Shown piece after piece: positions 43,480 through 52,480 of a stretch of DNA of 64,000 bases. The notes below the pieces were generated by a model that ran no database searches, was not told the origin of the DNA, and saw nothing but the letters and a program-made list of their open reading frames with translations. The stretch spans positions 1 through 64,000 of the forward strand of contig CBFFRQ010000096.1 of the NCBI GenBank assembly GCA_965644315.1, given 5' to 3'. A program made the position numbers and the translations under genes. The DNA is from Caecitellus pseudoparvulus (Eukaryota > Protista > Bigyra: Bicosoecida). The first letter of the stretch is position 1. The number at the start of each line of letters is the position of its first letter.

Positions 43480-43740
43480 TTATTCCGATTCTTCTTTTTC
43501 CTGTTTTTTGTTTCTCTCTTTCTCCATTTCCACAAATTCTTTATATGTCAAATATTCACATGTAAAATCTAAATGGCTTACTAAATGATAATCATCAGCA
43601 TTTTTAATTATTTTCATTTTCTCTTCATGAATATATTTTAAAGTGTCAATATATTTATTATATTCTTCTTCAGTTGGTATTTTTCCATCAAAAGGGTCTT
43701 CAAAATTATACTCTTTATATCTACAGAAATTATTAGACAT
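43480..43740 (-). CDS. Small viral hypothetical protein
   Basis: 86-aa ORF with TCTA 10 nt upstream. Confidence 0.65.
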   Translation of the reverse strand: MSNNFCRYKEYNFEDPFDGKIPTEEEYNKYIDTLKYIHEEKMKIIKNADDYHLVSHLDFTCEYLTYKEFVEMEKERNKKQEKEESE

Positions 43741-43744
43741 TATT

Positions 43745-44596
43745 TTAAACTAGATTATTTTTTTTTTTAAAACCTATTGATGGTTCAAATATACTACCAC
43801 CTCTTGAAGGCGTCACGTTATTTATTAAATAATCTATTGAATGTGCTTCAACTAAATTACTTGGTCCTGGTCTTGGTTTTAATACTATAGTTTCTGGTAT
43901 TAATGCAATTGATGATTCAGCTATGATATCACCCTCCATAACATAAGAACGAATAATATTTGAATCAAATATTTTTTTTAGATTGTTTTTAATACCTTCT
44001 AATTTTTCACCGATTTCATCTGCCCCTTTTCTTACTGCTTGTGTAGGTGATGAACCTATATTAAAAACTATTGCTGGAATACCTGTTTCTGATGATGCTA
44101 AAACTGCAATAAATCCACCTAATGAATGACCTGTAAAAATAAATTCTTGAACGTTCATGCTACTCAATACACTCATTATTTTTGTTAATCTTTCAACACT
44201 TGCTATTTTAATAATTGACTTATCAGAACCTAGAATAATTGCTAAATCATCCATAAAATCTACTGGGTTTAATTGTGTTCCTCTAAATCCTATAATTGCT
44301 TTTACTTTATCGCCTTCTAAATCTAAATATACGGCTATTCTATTACTTGATAATGTTTCATTATATATTAAGTTCTCTAAGATTGGTTTTCTTTCGGTTT
44401 TTGTTTTATATGCTTCACGTGATACTTTAGCACATTGATAAGCTTCATATGGTATAATTGGTTTATATGTTCCACGGTTTGAATTGTTCTTATTTGTATT
44501 TCTACTTACGGTTGAGACCTGTAATGGCTGTTCGTCAGCAGGATTTCCAAGAAAAAAATCATTAAAACCATCAACTAATAATTTGATACCTTCCAT
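43745..44596 (-). CDS. Class 3 lipase-like alpha/beta hydrolase
   Basis: IIGFRGT, FTGHSLGG nucleophile elbow, GDII (Asp) and AHSI (His). Confidence 0.92.
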   Translation of the reverse strand: MEGIKLLVDGFNDFFLGNPADEQPLQVSTVSRNTNKNNSNRGTYKPIIPYEAYQCAKVSREAYKTKTERKPILENLIYNETLSSNRIAVYLDLEGDKVKAIIGFRGTQLNPVDFMDDLAIILGSDKSIIKIASVERLTKIMSVLSSMNVQEFIFTGHSLGGFIAVLASSETGIPAIVFNIGSSPTQAVRKGADEIGEKLEGIKNNLKKIFDSNIIRSYVMEGDIIAESSIALIPETIVLKPRPGPSNLVEAHSIDYLINNVTPSRGGSIFEPSIGFKKKNNLV

Positions 44597-44647
44597 TATA
44601 TTAATAAAGAAAATAAATATAACTTATTTTATTAAAACAAATTATAT

Positions 44648-46546
44648 TTAATATTTGATTTTATTTTCAATATCCATTCCATTCACACTTCTAATAGATA
44701 TTTTATCTGCTGTATATTCAATCTTTAATCCACCCATATCAACTTTTGATAATTCTTTATCATTTCCTATACCTTTAATTTTTGTTATATTTATATCTCC
44801 ATCACATATAAAACCATCTGTATGACATCTATATATTTTATCATGTTCTAAATTTTCCATTATTCTTGAAATATACACACGCCCCATACCTGTTAAAAAT
44901 GGAGCAATTCTTGCCATAGGTGTTTTATAATATTGTTTTTGCTTTGCATTAAATAAGTGTGTATCATTATAAGGATGTATTCCTTCAATATCATTTGAAC
45001 CACCTTTATATTTTTCATATGTTTCAATATAAACATTTCTCTGAGATAATAACCCCCATAATTTATTTAATAACATTTTTGATACTTTGTTTTTTGGATT
45101 CTTCTTTTTTAGGTCGTAATGGTCATTAATATATTTTCCGAATAATTGTTTGCCTGATATTAAATCTTTTCGGTCATACATTATAGCATTACAGCCTACA
45201 TCATCTCTCATATGAATTGTGTATCCTAATTCACGAGCACGATTTAATTCATAATGTGTATAAAAATCATTGTTTTTGGTGTTGAAAAGTAATTTATTTA
45301 CATTTCCTAAAATTTCTGCTCTATAGATTCCATATTTAAAATATTCTGGTAATTGTTTATTTTCAATTGTTGTATATTGACCTTCTCTTAATGGAAACAT
45401 TACTTTGGCAGATTGCATTATATAAGGATACATTGAATTGACATCATAACATTTGACATTTTCATAAACTCCCTCTTTGAAATGTAATAAACCACCTGTT
45501 AAACAATATTTAATAAAGTTTGATTCTTTTTCTGATATATTCTCCATTCTAACTTTTTGAAAATTATAAAACATTTGTTGTAAAATATAACCTGTTATAC
45601 TTTTATAGTTGAGTAAATCTAAATTTAATTCTTTGACATATTGTTTATATTTTTTATATTCTTCTATTAAATCTTTATCAGGTTTTACATTGTGAAAATG
45701 ACGTTTTTCATATTTCAATATGTTTTGTTGAAAATCTACATAATCATATGTTTTAATTTGTAATCCATCATAAGCATCAACAACATTTTTTGATATTTTA
45801 TATACTAGTAATGGATATTCATTTTTATTTTTTCTTATTACTTTGAAACCTTCTTGTTGTTTATAAATGTTTGTATAATGTCCGTTCTCTAATTTTAAAT
45901 CAACATTTATATTTGAATCATAAGACGAAATATAAGTTGAACGTTCAGAAGAACCAAATACATTTATTCTTATATTTAGTTTCTCTTCTAATTTAGGTAT
46001 TAGAATTACAGGAACTTTAGCTTCTCTATCTAATTTTAAATAATTCTTTAATCTCTTAGGGTATTTCATATTTGGAATATCTCCAATAACTCGTTTAATA
46101 CAATTATATAAACAATCATTATGTTTATCGCTTCCTCCTTCTGTGCTTGTATCTTTATAAGTAATTGATATCATATGTGTCCCTAAATCATCTAATAAAT
46201 TCATATCTTCACCATCTGTATATTCATCAGCAAATTTCTTGATACTTAGTTTTTTAGGGTCAGATGAAAAACCTTTGTTAATTGATTTCCAACCAATATC
46301 TAATAATACTGCAACATGAAATTCTTTATTCTTCTTTTTCATTTCTTTTGTTATTGTTTTAATGAATTTATCTGAATCATCAACTGAACTTTTTTGATTT
46401 TTCTTAGATGAAATATAATTCATAACTTTTAATTTTTCACCATTTTTTAGTTTTAGTTCTCTTCCTTTGAACTGTCTGAACTTTTTAAAAATCTTTTTTT
46501 GAGATTTCTTGGATTTCTTGGAATTGTTATTTTTGGTTCGTGGCAT
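44648..46546 (-). CDS. polB: Protein-primed family B DNA polymerase with N-terminal terminal-protein region and OTU-like protease domain
   Basis: YDVNSMYP, KMLLNKLWG and HTDG polymerase motifs. OTU-like HNDCLYNC ... ENGHY. Confidence 0.95.
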   Translation of the reverse strand: MPRTKNNNSKKSKKSQKKIFKKFRQFKGRELKLKNGEKLKVMNYISSKKNQKSSVDDSDKFIKTITKEMKKKNKEFHVAVLLDIGWKSINKGFSSDPKKLSIKKFADEYTDGEDMNLLDDLGTHMISITYKDTSTEGGSDKHNDCLYNCIKRVIGDIPNMKYPKRLKNYLKLDREAKVPVILIPKLEEKLNIRINVFGSSERSTYISSYDSNINVDLKLENGHYTNIYKQQEGFKVIRKNKNEYPLLVYKISKNVVDAYDGLQIKTYDYVDFQQNILKYEKRHFHNVKPDKDLIEEYKKYKQYVKELNLDLLNYKSITGYILQQMFYNFQKVRMENISEKESNFIKYCLTGGLLHFKEGVYENVKCYDVNSMYPYIMQSAKVMFPLREGQYTTIENKQLPEYFKYGIYRAEILGNVNKLLFNTKNNDFYTHYELNRARELGYTIHMRDDVGCNAIMYDRKDLISGKQLFGKYINDHYDLKKKNPKNKVSKMLLNKLWGLLSQRNVYIETYEKYKGGSNDIEGIHPYNDTHLFNAKQKQYYKTPMARIAPFLTGMGRVYISRIMENLEHDKIYRCHTDGFICDGDINITKIKGIGNDKELSKVDMGGLKIEYTADKISIRSVNGMDIENKIKY

Positions 46547-46576
46547 ATATATATACCTAGATAAAATAATTTTTTT

Positions 46577-46777
46577 TTAAACCCCTTTTTTAAGATTGTT
46601 TTCCATATTCCTTATATGTTTTTTGGTTCTACAATGTTTAGGAAACTTATATTTTGGCACATATTTATCACAACATTCACAATATATTTTGCGTTTCATT
46701 TTTTCTAGTATACGCTCCTTATTTTCTGCATAGTATTCTTTTTGATATTTTTTCATATCCGTGATTTTCTTTTTCAT
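46577..46777 (-). CDS. C2H2-type zinc-finger protein
   Basis: YCECCDKYV...KHCRTKKH. TCTA upstream. Confidence 0.8.
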   Translation of the reverse strand: MKKKITDMKKYQKEYYAENKERILEKMKRKIYCECCDKYVPKYKFPKHCRTKKHIRNMENNLKKGV

Positions 46778-46830
46778 TACACTTATATAGATTATTTATT
46801 TTTTAAACCTAAAATAAATAATATATATTT

Positions 46831-48705
46831 TTAAAATTCTAGAATTATTTTACCAACTGTTAATCCATCAAATTTTTTTAATGCTTTCTTTGATGTATCG
46901 TCTTTTGGTTCAAATTTATCTTCTTCGTCGTATTCGTCGTCGCTTTCTTCATCTTCACTATCACTCTCTTCTTCACTATCGCTCTCAACTTCCACTGGTT
47001 TAGTTTCACTTTCAATATCAACTGGTTTATTTTTAAGTTGTTCTTGTAATTCTTTTAGTTGTTTTTGTAATTCTTCAATAATTTTATTACTAGTTTCATT
47101 CTTTTTGGTTAATACATTATTTTTACTAATTAATATTTTAATTTCATCTCTTAACGTATCATCATCTTCACCATCAAATATATCTTCGTCTTTTTCTTCT
47201 TTATCAATTTTTACTTTAATATGTGTAAATAAACCTTTCTTTCTTTTTATTCCATATAAATTTTGTTGTTCTTTATTGCAGTATTTTTCACTAACATAAT
47301 TAATATCATGTGCTTTCATATCATTTACAAATGATTTCATGCCTAATTTTTCATATTCTGAATTGAAACTTTTAAACATTTCCAATAATGCTTCTTTTGG
47401 TATTGTGTCTGTTTCGTCTGTGGTAAGTTCTAAACATGTTTCAATAAATTCATCATACGGGTCATTAGTATTTAAAAACTCTTTAGTTGATAATTGAATT
47501 TTCTCGGGTGTCTCTGGTAAATTTGTATTAATACTTTTTACGGTATATTCTATTAAAATTTTAATCAGAGCACATTTTAATTGTGTATTATCAAATTTAT
47601 CAATTAATTTATTATCCTTTCTAAAATACTTAATATTATCAACTTTTCTTTTATCATTTTCTTCTAAAAATATATTTTCCATTGATATAACTTCAGTTCT
47701 CCTTGATACACCACCATCAATATCAATTTTTAATGTTGCCTCGTTGGTTAAAATAAATATAAAACCGTTGAGAATTGTGTTAAATTGTCCATCAGTAAAT
47801 AATCTTGAAACTGTAATATTTCCATTTGCTAATTGTTTGAAAATAGATTTCTTCATTTTCTTTTTACCTTGTTCGTCAATAATTAAAAATTTATGATATG
47901 GTTGAATTGAGTTAATAATTTTAGATGGTTTGTTTCCGTCAGTATCAGCAGTTAGTAATGCATTCTCTAATTCTTGGACCATATAAGGAAATACTTTTTG
48001 GATTAATTCAAATAATGTATTTTTACCATTTGACCCTTTACCGGTTAAGATAAAGTTCTTTTGCATTTTTGTTATTGATTTGCCTAAAATTACACGACTT
48101 AACATATCATACATATAACCCATATCATCCTTATTAAAAAATGAGGTTAAAACATTATCAACATATTTTACTGATTCTTGAGATGGTTCAACATAATTAT
48201 AGTTTAATAATGTCGCTTGTGTAATAATAGTATTCTTTGGACGTGTTGTTGAAAATTCACCTGTTGTCAAATCTAAACGACCATTTAAAAAATTCAATCC
48301 TGTATTATCACTATCAAAAATTATTGAATCATTCTTAAATATGTTGTGAAGACCAGAACATAAATTATTAAGTTTATTTAAATTAATCAATGATGAGATT
48401 TTTAATTGTATTAAATTTGCATATGATTCTTTATCGGTTTCGTATATCTTGTTTAATGATGCTGTCATACAATTATACAAATAATTATAAAAGATTTTTT
48501 CTGCTGATAATTTTTCATCATGTAATTTTCTGTATGTTCCATTATCACATTTTACATATACATTGTTTTGATTAATAATAACATATTCTTTAAATAAATC
48601 TATCAATACATTTTGTCTATCAATGAATTCCTTTTTAAAATTTAGAAAATCATTAAAAGTAAAGAGTTTGTTAAATTCGTTTGTGGTTTGATTTATAGCT
48701 GTCAT
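46831..48705 (-). CDS. Superfamily 3 (D5-like) helicase
   Basis: LNFLNGRLDLTTGEF (D5_N-like), Walker A GKGSNGKNT, Walker B IIDE, motif C ILTN and IDGGVSRR. Coiled-coil and acidic tail. Confidence 0.93.
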   Translation of the reverse strand: MTAINQTTNEFNKLFTFNDFLNFKKEFIDRQNVLIDLFKEYVIINQNNVYVKCDNGTYRKLHDEKLSAEKIFYNYLYNCMTASLNKIYETDKESYANLIQLKISSLINLNKLNNLCSGLHNIFKNDSIIFDSDNTGLNFLNGRLDLTTGEFSTTRPKNTIITQATLLNYNYVEPSQESVKYVDNVLTSFFNKDDMGYMYDMLSRVILGKSITKMQKNFILTGKGSNGKNTLFELIQKVFPYMVQELENALLTADTDGNKPSKIINSIQPYHKFLIIDEQGKKKMKKSIFKQLANGNITVSRLFTDGQFNTILNGFIFILTNEATLKIDIDGGVSRRTEVISMENIFLEENDKRKVDNIKYFRKDNKLIDKFDNTQLKCALIKILIEYTVKSINTNLPETPEKIQLSTKEFLNTNDPYDEFIETCLELTTDETDTIPKEALLEMFKSFNSEYEKLGMKSFVNDMKAHDINYVSEKYCNKEQQNLYGIKRKKGLFTHIKVKIDKEEKDEDIFDGEDDDTLRDEIKILISKNNVLTKKNETSNKIIEELQKQLKELQEQLKNKPVDIESETKPVEVESDSEEESDSEDEESDDEYDEEDKFEPKDDTSKKALKKFDGLTVGKIILEF

Positions 48706-48733
48706 ATATATATTACTAGAGATTTTTTTTTTT

Positions 48734-49415
48734 TAAACCTATTTTTTTTATAAATGTTTGTATATATATAATTTATGGCTCGTTCATTTTTGGTTTTGTT
48801 CAGAAAGTTCAAAAAATCCTCATTATTTTTATTGAGATATATTTTTTTATTATTTTTTTGGAAATTTTAACTCCTTCATTTTTATTATATTGCTGTTCAA
48901 AAAGTTCAAGAATTCAAGCATTTTGGTTTTTTTGAAATATTTTTTTTTGAAATCTTAGAAATCCCTTTGAACTTTTGAACTTTTTGAACTTTTTTAAATT
49001 TTATCTTATACTCTTTCATTTTTATAAATTTTGTATTGATTTTTTTGAACTTTATTTAGAACATTTTTAAGAACATTATATTTAAATATAGTTTAGATAT
49101 ATCATAGTTATGAATGATAGGATAATTAAAATTATCATATTAGAGATTTACACGCTAAAGCGTATAAATCATAGCTTCGCAGATATTATTAAGATAGTAT
49201 TATATAATTTATCTTTTTCTTTTTCTTAGTTGTTTATTAAATAGTTTTAATAATATTTTAACTTCGTTGATATTTAATTATATATATTTAATGATATAGA
49301 TAAGCACATATTAAAAGAAATTTTATATAATATATTTGTTGATATATCTAAGGCAATAATGCCTACTTGTAGGCATTATTGCTGGATTGCACCGCCGTGC
49401 GTGTGCCATCCCCCC
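48734..49415 (-). repeat. Right terminal inverted repeat of the virus (682 bp)
   Basis: Mirror of 26590-27271, ending GTGTGCCATCCCCCC. Confidence 0.95.
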
Positions 49416-49420
49416 CCCGG

Positions 49421-50580
49421 CCCTGCTCCTGGCGCTCAGGGCGGACTGGAGAGTTGCACACTTTGAAGCGTGGGGCCAGCCATTCCTTGCTGCACTGAGC
49501 CACCAGCTGCTGGTGGGAAAGCATCAAGAGATCGCTGCCAAGCAGTAGTGCATGTGCCCTGGTCCTCTTACCACAGGCATCCCAAGGTCAGCACGGAGAA
49601 GAAGCGCTCAGCGCTTGCACTTGTGGCCGGGGGCCCAACAGCTCGTTACCCCCTCCTCCATGCCTCCAGATGCGTGCAGAACGCGGCTAGGTTTGTGCTG
49701 TCGCTGCTAACCGCACCGGATGCAAGCACTCGTTGACTCCCACAGATCGCAACGAAATCACGCCAGTCACCCACAAGGCTCCTCTGCCAGTTTCATGCGC
49801 AAATCAGCAGCAATGTGGCCAGCTGCTCGCCGAATGTGGCAGTGCGTCGTGTTTGAAGTGGTTTCTGAGCCCCACCAGGTCATCAGCTGGTGGTGCTCAG
49901 GGGACATGACCTTCGCAATCTGTTGCGGCGACAGCCCAATCGAAGCGAAGCTCTGCACCAAAAGCATGTGAGCTATTCGACAGAAAGACCTGCTGTCACA
50001 TGCGATCGTCTCTGCCGAGACAGGCACTGTCTGCAGAAGCACCTGTGCCTCATGTACGAGGTTCCGTGCATCACCAAGCAGGGCTCTGTGCGCCTCACTG
50101 CCAGGCTGAGCTTTCATGGGCTTCTCAACACTGAACGTCTTGGCCAGTGCAAGAACTTCTTGCTTGGTCATGCTATGCATGGCCGGCAGGTGCTTTCTAA
50201 GAAGTGTTTCCTTACGTGCTTCAGCAAAGCACTTCAGGGTCTCGGACCACAGGATTGGTTTTCCAGTGCGCGAATATGACCGCTGGAAATCCGCGAGACC
50301 CGTTCCTTTTTGCCTTCCACCCCTTCAGCCCAAGAATTTCAAGCAGGGGGAAGTCGCTAATGCGTAGATCTGGGCAGAAAGCCCTCCAAGTCTGAACTAC
50401 AGCCTTCCCCTGGTTCATGGTCTTGGTATCGCAGAAGTGACGGCATGCCTCCTGGCTGCAAAGCACTCGCAAGAGGTAGCCATAGTGGGCAGGACCTTGC
50501 ACCCAGGTGAGAAATGAAGAACTGGAGGGAGCTTAGTGACAGTCATAGCTTTTTCAGACACTGCCGCGCCCTCCGCCATC
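49421..50580 (-). pseudogene. hAT transposase pseudogene; the C-terminal tail continues at 26590-26350 on the other side of the virus
   Basis: Fragmented frames with stops and frameshifts. NLAAFCTHLEAWRRG*RAVGPPATSASAERFFSVL matches the hAT C-terminal dimerisation domain. After a frameshift, KRTRAHALLLGSDLLML...QEQG-RALVKSPDG reads open across the reconstructed empty site. Confidence 0.7.
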
Positions 50581-50975
50581 ATGCAGCGAAGGTGAAACGT
50601 GACCGAAACCCCTCATGACAGCACCTCCGTTGCGGACGAATCTGGTTGAGTTTCGGAGCCTAGAGGCGTAAATATCAAGACCAGTGTACAAAGCATTGAT
50701 GTGATTTGGTGCATTGATGGCAAAGTGGCACTTGACCTTGCTCGGGAACCAGCGCTGGCAGGCAGGTGGAGGAGGATGAGCGTCTCCCAGCGCCTTGGAC
50801 ACGGGCGACGAGGGGGGGGGTCACAAGGGGGGGGGGCAACCCCCCTACGGTTGGGGTGTCCGGCATCTCAGCAAAAAAGGTGCGGAAATAGCTTCCCGGA
50901 CACCCCTGAGATCCCTGATTTTGGCATGACTTTGCTTCTCCCCAGCCCCGCCACCACACACACACGCAGCACCTC

Positions 50976-52277
50976 TCAGCGACGGCTTCCGGAGCGCGGA
51001 GACGCCGACCCAGCAGAGCCCTGCCGCGCTGCAGCAGCCGCAGCCAGCATGTCAGCTTTCGAAGATGTCTTGTGCATGGTAAGCTTTTGCTCTGCGATCC
51101 TCGCAGCAATGGCGTCTTTGCAGCCACGCAAGTCGACGTCGGCGTCGTCGAAGAACTGGTGACCCTTGAACCTGTGTGGGAAGCAACGCCTGAGCGATCA
51201 TGAACTGCAGCGCCCGGGCGCGCAACGCAAGCACGCACTGTCTCAGGAAGTTCTCCACCATGACCTTTCGGTTCTTGCTGGTGTACACGAGGAAGACGAC
51301 GCCACCGTGCGTCAGCAGCAGGCTGCTCAGCACCACCGCAATGACCAGCGTTGTGTGCGTTGCCCGCAAGCCAAACGCGCCAGTGAGGGAACTACTCACA
51401 CCAGCACCCTGCTCGATGGCAGCAAAAAGCAACTGCACTAAGACCCCGGCTGCAGTCACGATGACTGTGCGCATGTGGCCCAGGCGAGGGTCCCGGATCT
51501 TGCTCACACACACGATCCGGTACACAAAGTGAGACGCCATCAAGCACAGGGCGAAAAGGAAGAGGGCCACAGGGTAGCCGCAGTCTGACCCGCGCTCCTC
51601 TGCCAGCCTGCAGAGGGATTGCGGGAGCGGGGTGGTCTCGACGCTGCTCGCAGCCTGCACGGCGCCTTGGCTCACGTGTTCAAGGTGCTGGCGTCTGCTG
51701 TGATGTAGAACAGCTCGCCCAGAACGCTGAAAAGGAACCAGTACAGGACGTAGTCGAGCATGACAGAGCTCCAGAACGGGTACTCTGCCCCCCTCCGCTT
51801 GTTATACACGCCATGCACCCGGTCCAGTCTGTGCAACGCCAGTGACAGGCAACATGCATGCCCACAGACGCTGGGCCAGTGCTCCTGCCCGGAAAGCAAC
51901 ACACCTGACGAGGTGGGACGCAAACCATACGCTAAATCCAAAGGTGTAAGTCATCCAGTCTGACGTAGCGCGGCGGGAGGCGAAGTTGGTGACGGTGCGC
52001 TGCACTGCGGCGTCCCACTGCGACCCTTACACCTCCAGAAGAAGCATGTGGGAAGGCTGACCTCCCGGGGGTTGTAAGCTGAAAAGTGGCCATTGAATAT
52101 TATGGTGCTCATGACCCACACACTGCCCCCCAGTGCTTGCAGCATGGCATAGCTGGGGCCAGAGGCGACAACCACTGGGCTGCGCCGACGCAGAAGCACG
52201 AGAGAGGCGATGGCTGCCAAGACCAGGACGGTTCCCAGGCCAGCCAGCAAGAAGGCCAGGCCCTCCAGCTGCACCAT
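50976..52277 (-). CDS. Seven-transmembrane GPCR-like protein (class C / 7tm_3-like, no large ectodomain), spliced
   Basis: TM1 followed by RRRSPVVVASGPSY (class C intracellular-loop-1 pattern), a Cys before TM3, and about seven hydrophobic helices over five exons. Confidence 0.6.
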
Positions 52278-52480
52278 TGTGGACGGACTGAGACGTCTGT
52301 GCTTCAAGGGCTTCCGTGATCCTCAGGAGGGAGACGACGGGAGACTCAAGTTTGAGAGGGCGGGCGCAGGATGGCATCTGCGACAACTCCAAGCACACGT
52401 GAATTCGCAAAGAGCAACGCAGCAGGCCGGGTGCACCAGCTCAAATGATGTGGGGGGCCTCTCGGCAACGCGCAGCACCC

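Larger units (their letters stand above)
26590..49415. mobile_element. Endogenous Polinton-like / Maverick-related dsDNA virus (22.8 kb including the nested transposon, about 18.3 kb net)
   Basis: Abrupt switch to very AT-rich, intronless, gene-dense DNA. 682-bp TIRs. TSD CCCG (or CCCGG, given homopolymer ambiguity) at 26586 and 49416. Integrase, pPolB, helicase, ATPase, MCP and penton genes. Confidence 0.96.
25631..50917 (-). mobile_element. Degenerate hAT-superfamily DNA transposon (about 2.46 kb net), interrupted by the endogenous virus
   Basis: Perfect 22-bp TIRs CAGGGATCTCAGGGGTGTCCGG at 25631-25652 and 50896-50917. 8-bp TSD ATTTTGGC at 25623-25630 and 50918-50925. hAT dimerisation motif PATSASAERFFS on - at 49595-49630. 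Confidence 0.9.

Noticed and set aside
26590-49415. AT-rich block as contamination or a chimeric assembly
   Set aside because: It is bounded by matching 682-bp TIRs and a TSD, and the interrupted hAT resumes in frame on both sides. Read-level confirmation is still desirable.
26590-49415. Classification as a canonical virophage (Lavidaviridae)
   Set aside because: The reconstructed MCP is 447 aa with PLV/Polinton-like motifs and no maturation protease is recognisable. Left open pending HMM searches.
49767-50180. HCHIRR as a tyrosine-recombinase H-x-x-R motif
   Set aside because: No other recombinase catalytic residues are identifiable. The adjacent hAT dimerisation motif, CAGGG TIRs and 8-bp TSD explain the region as a hAT relic.
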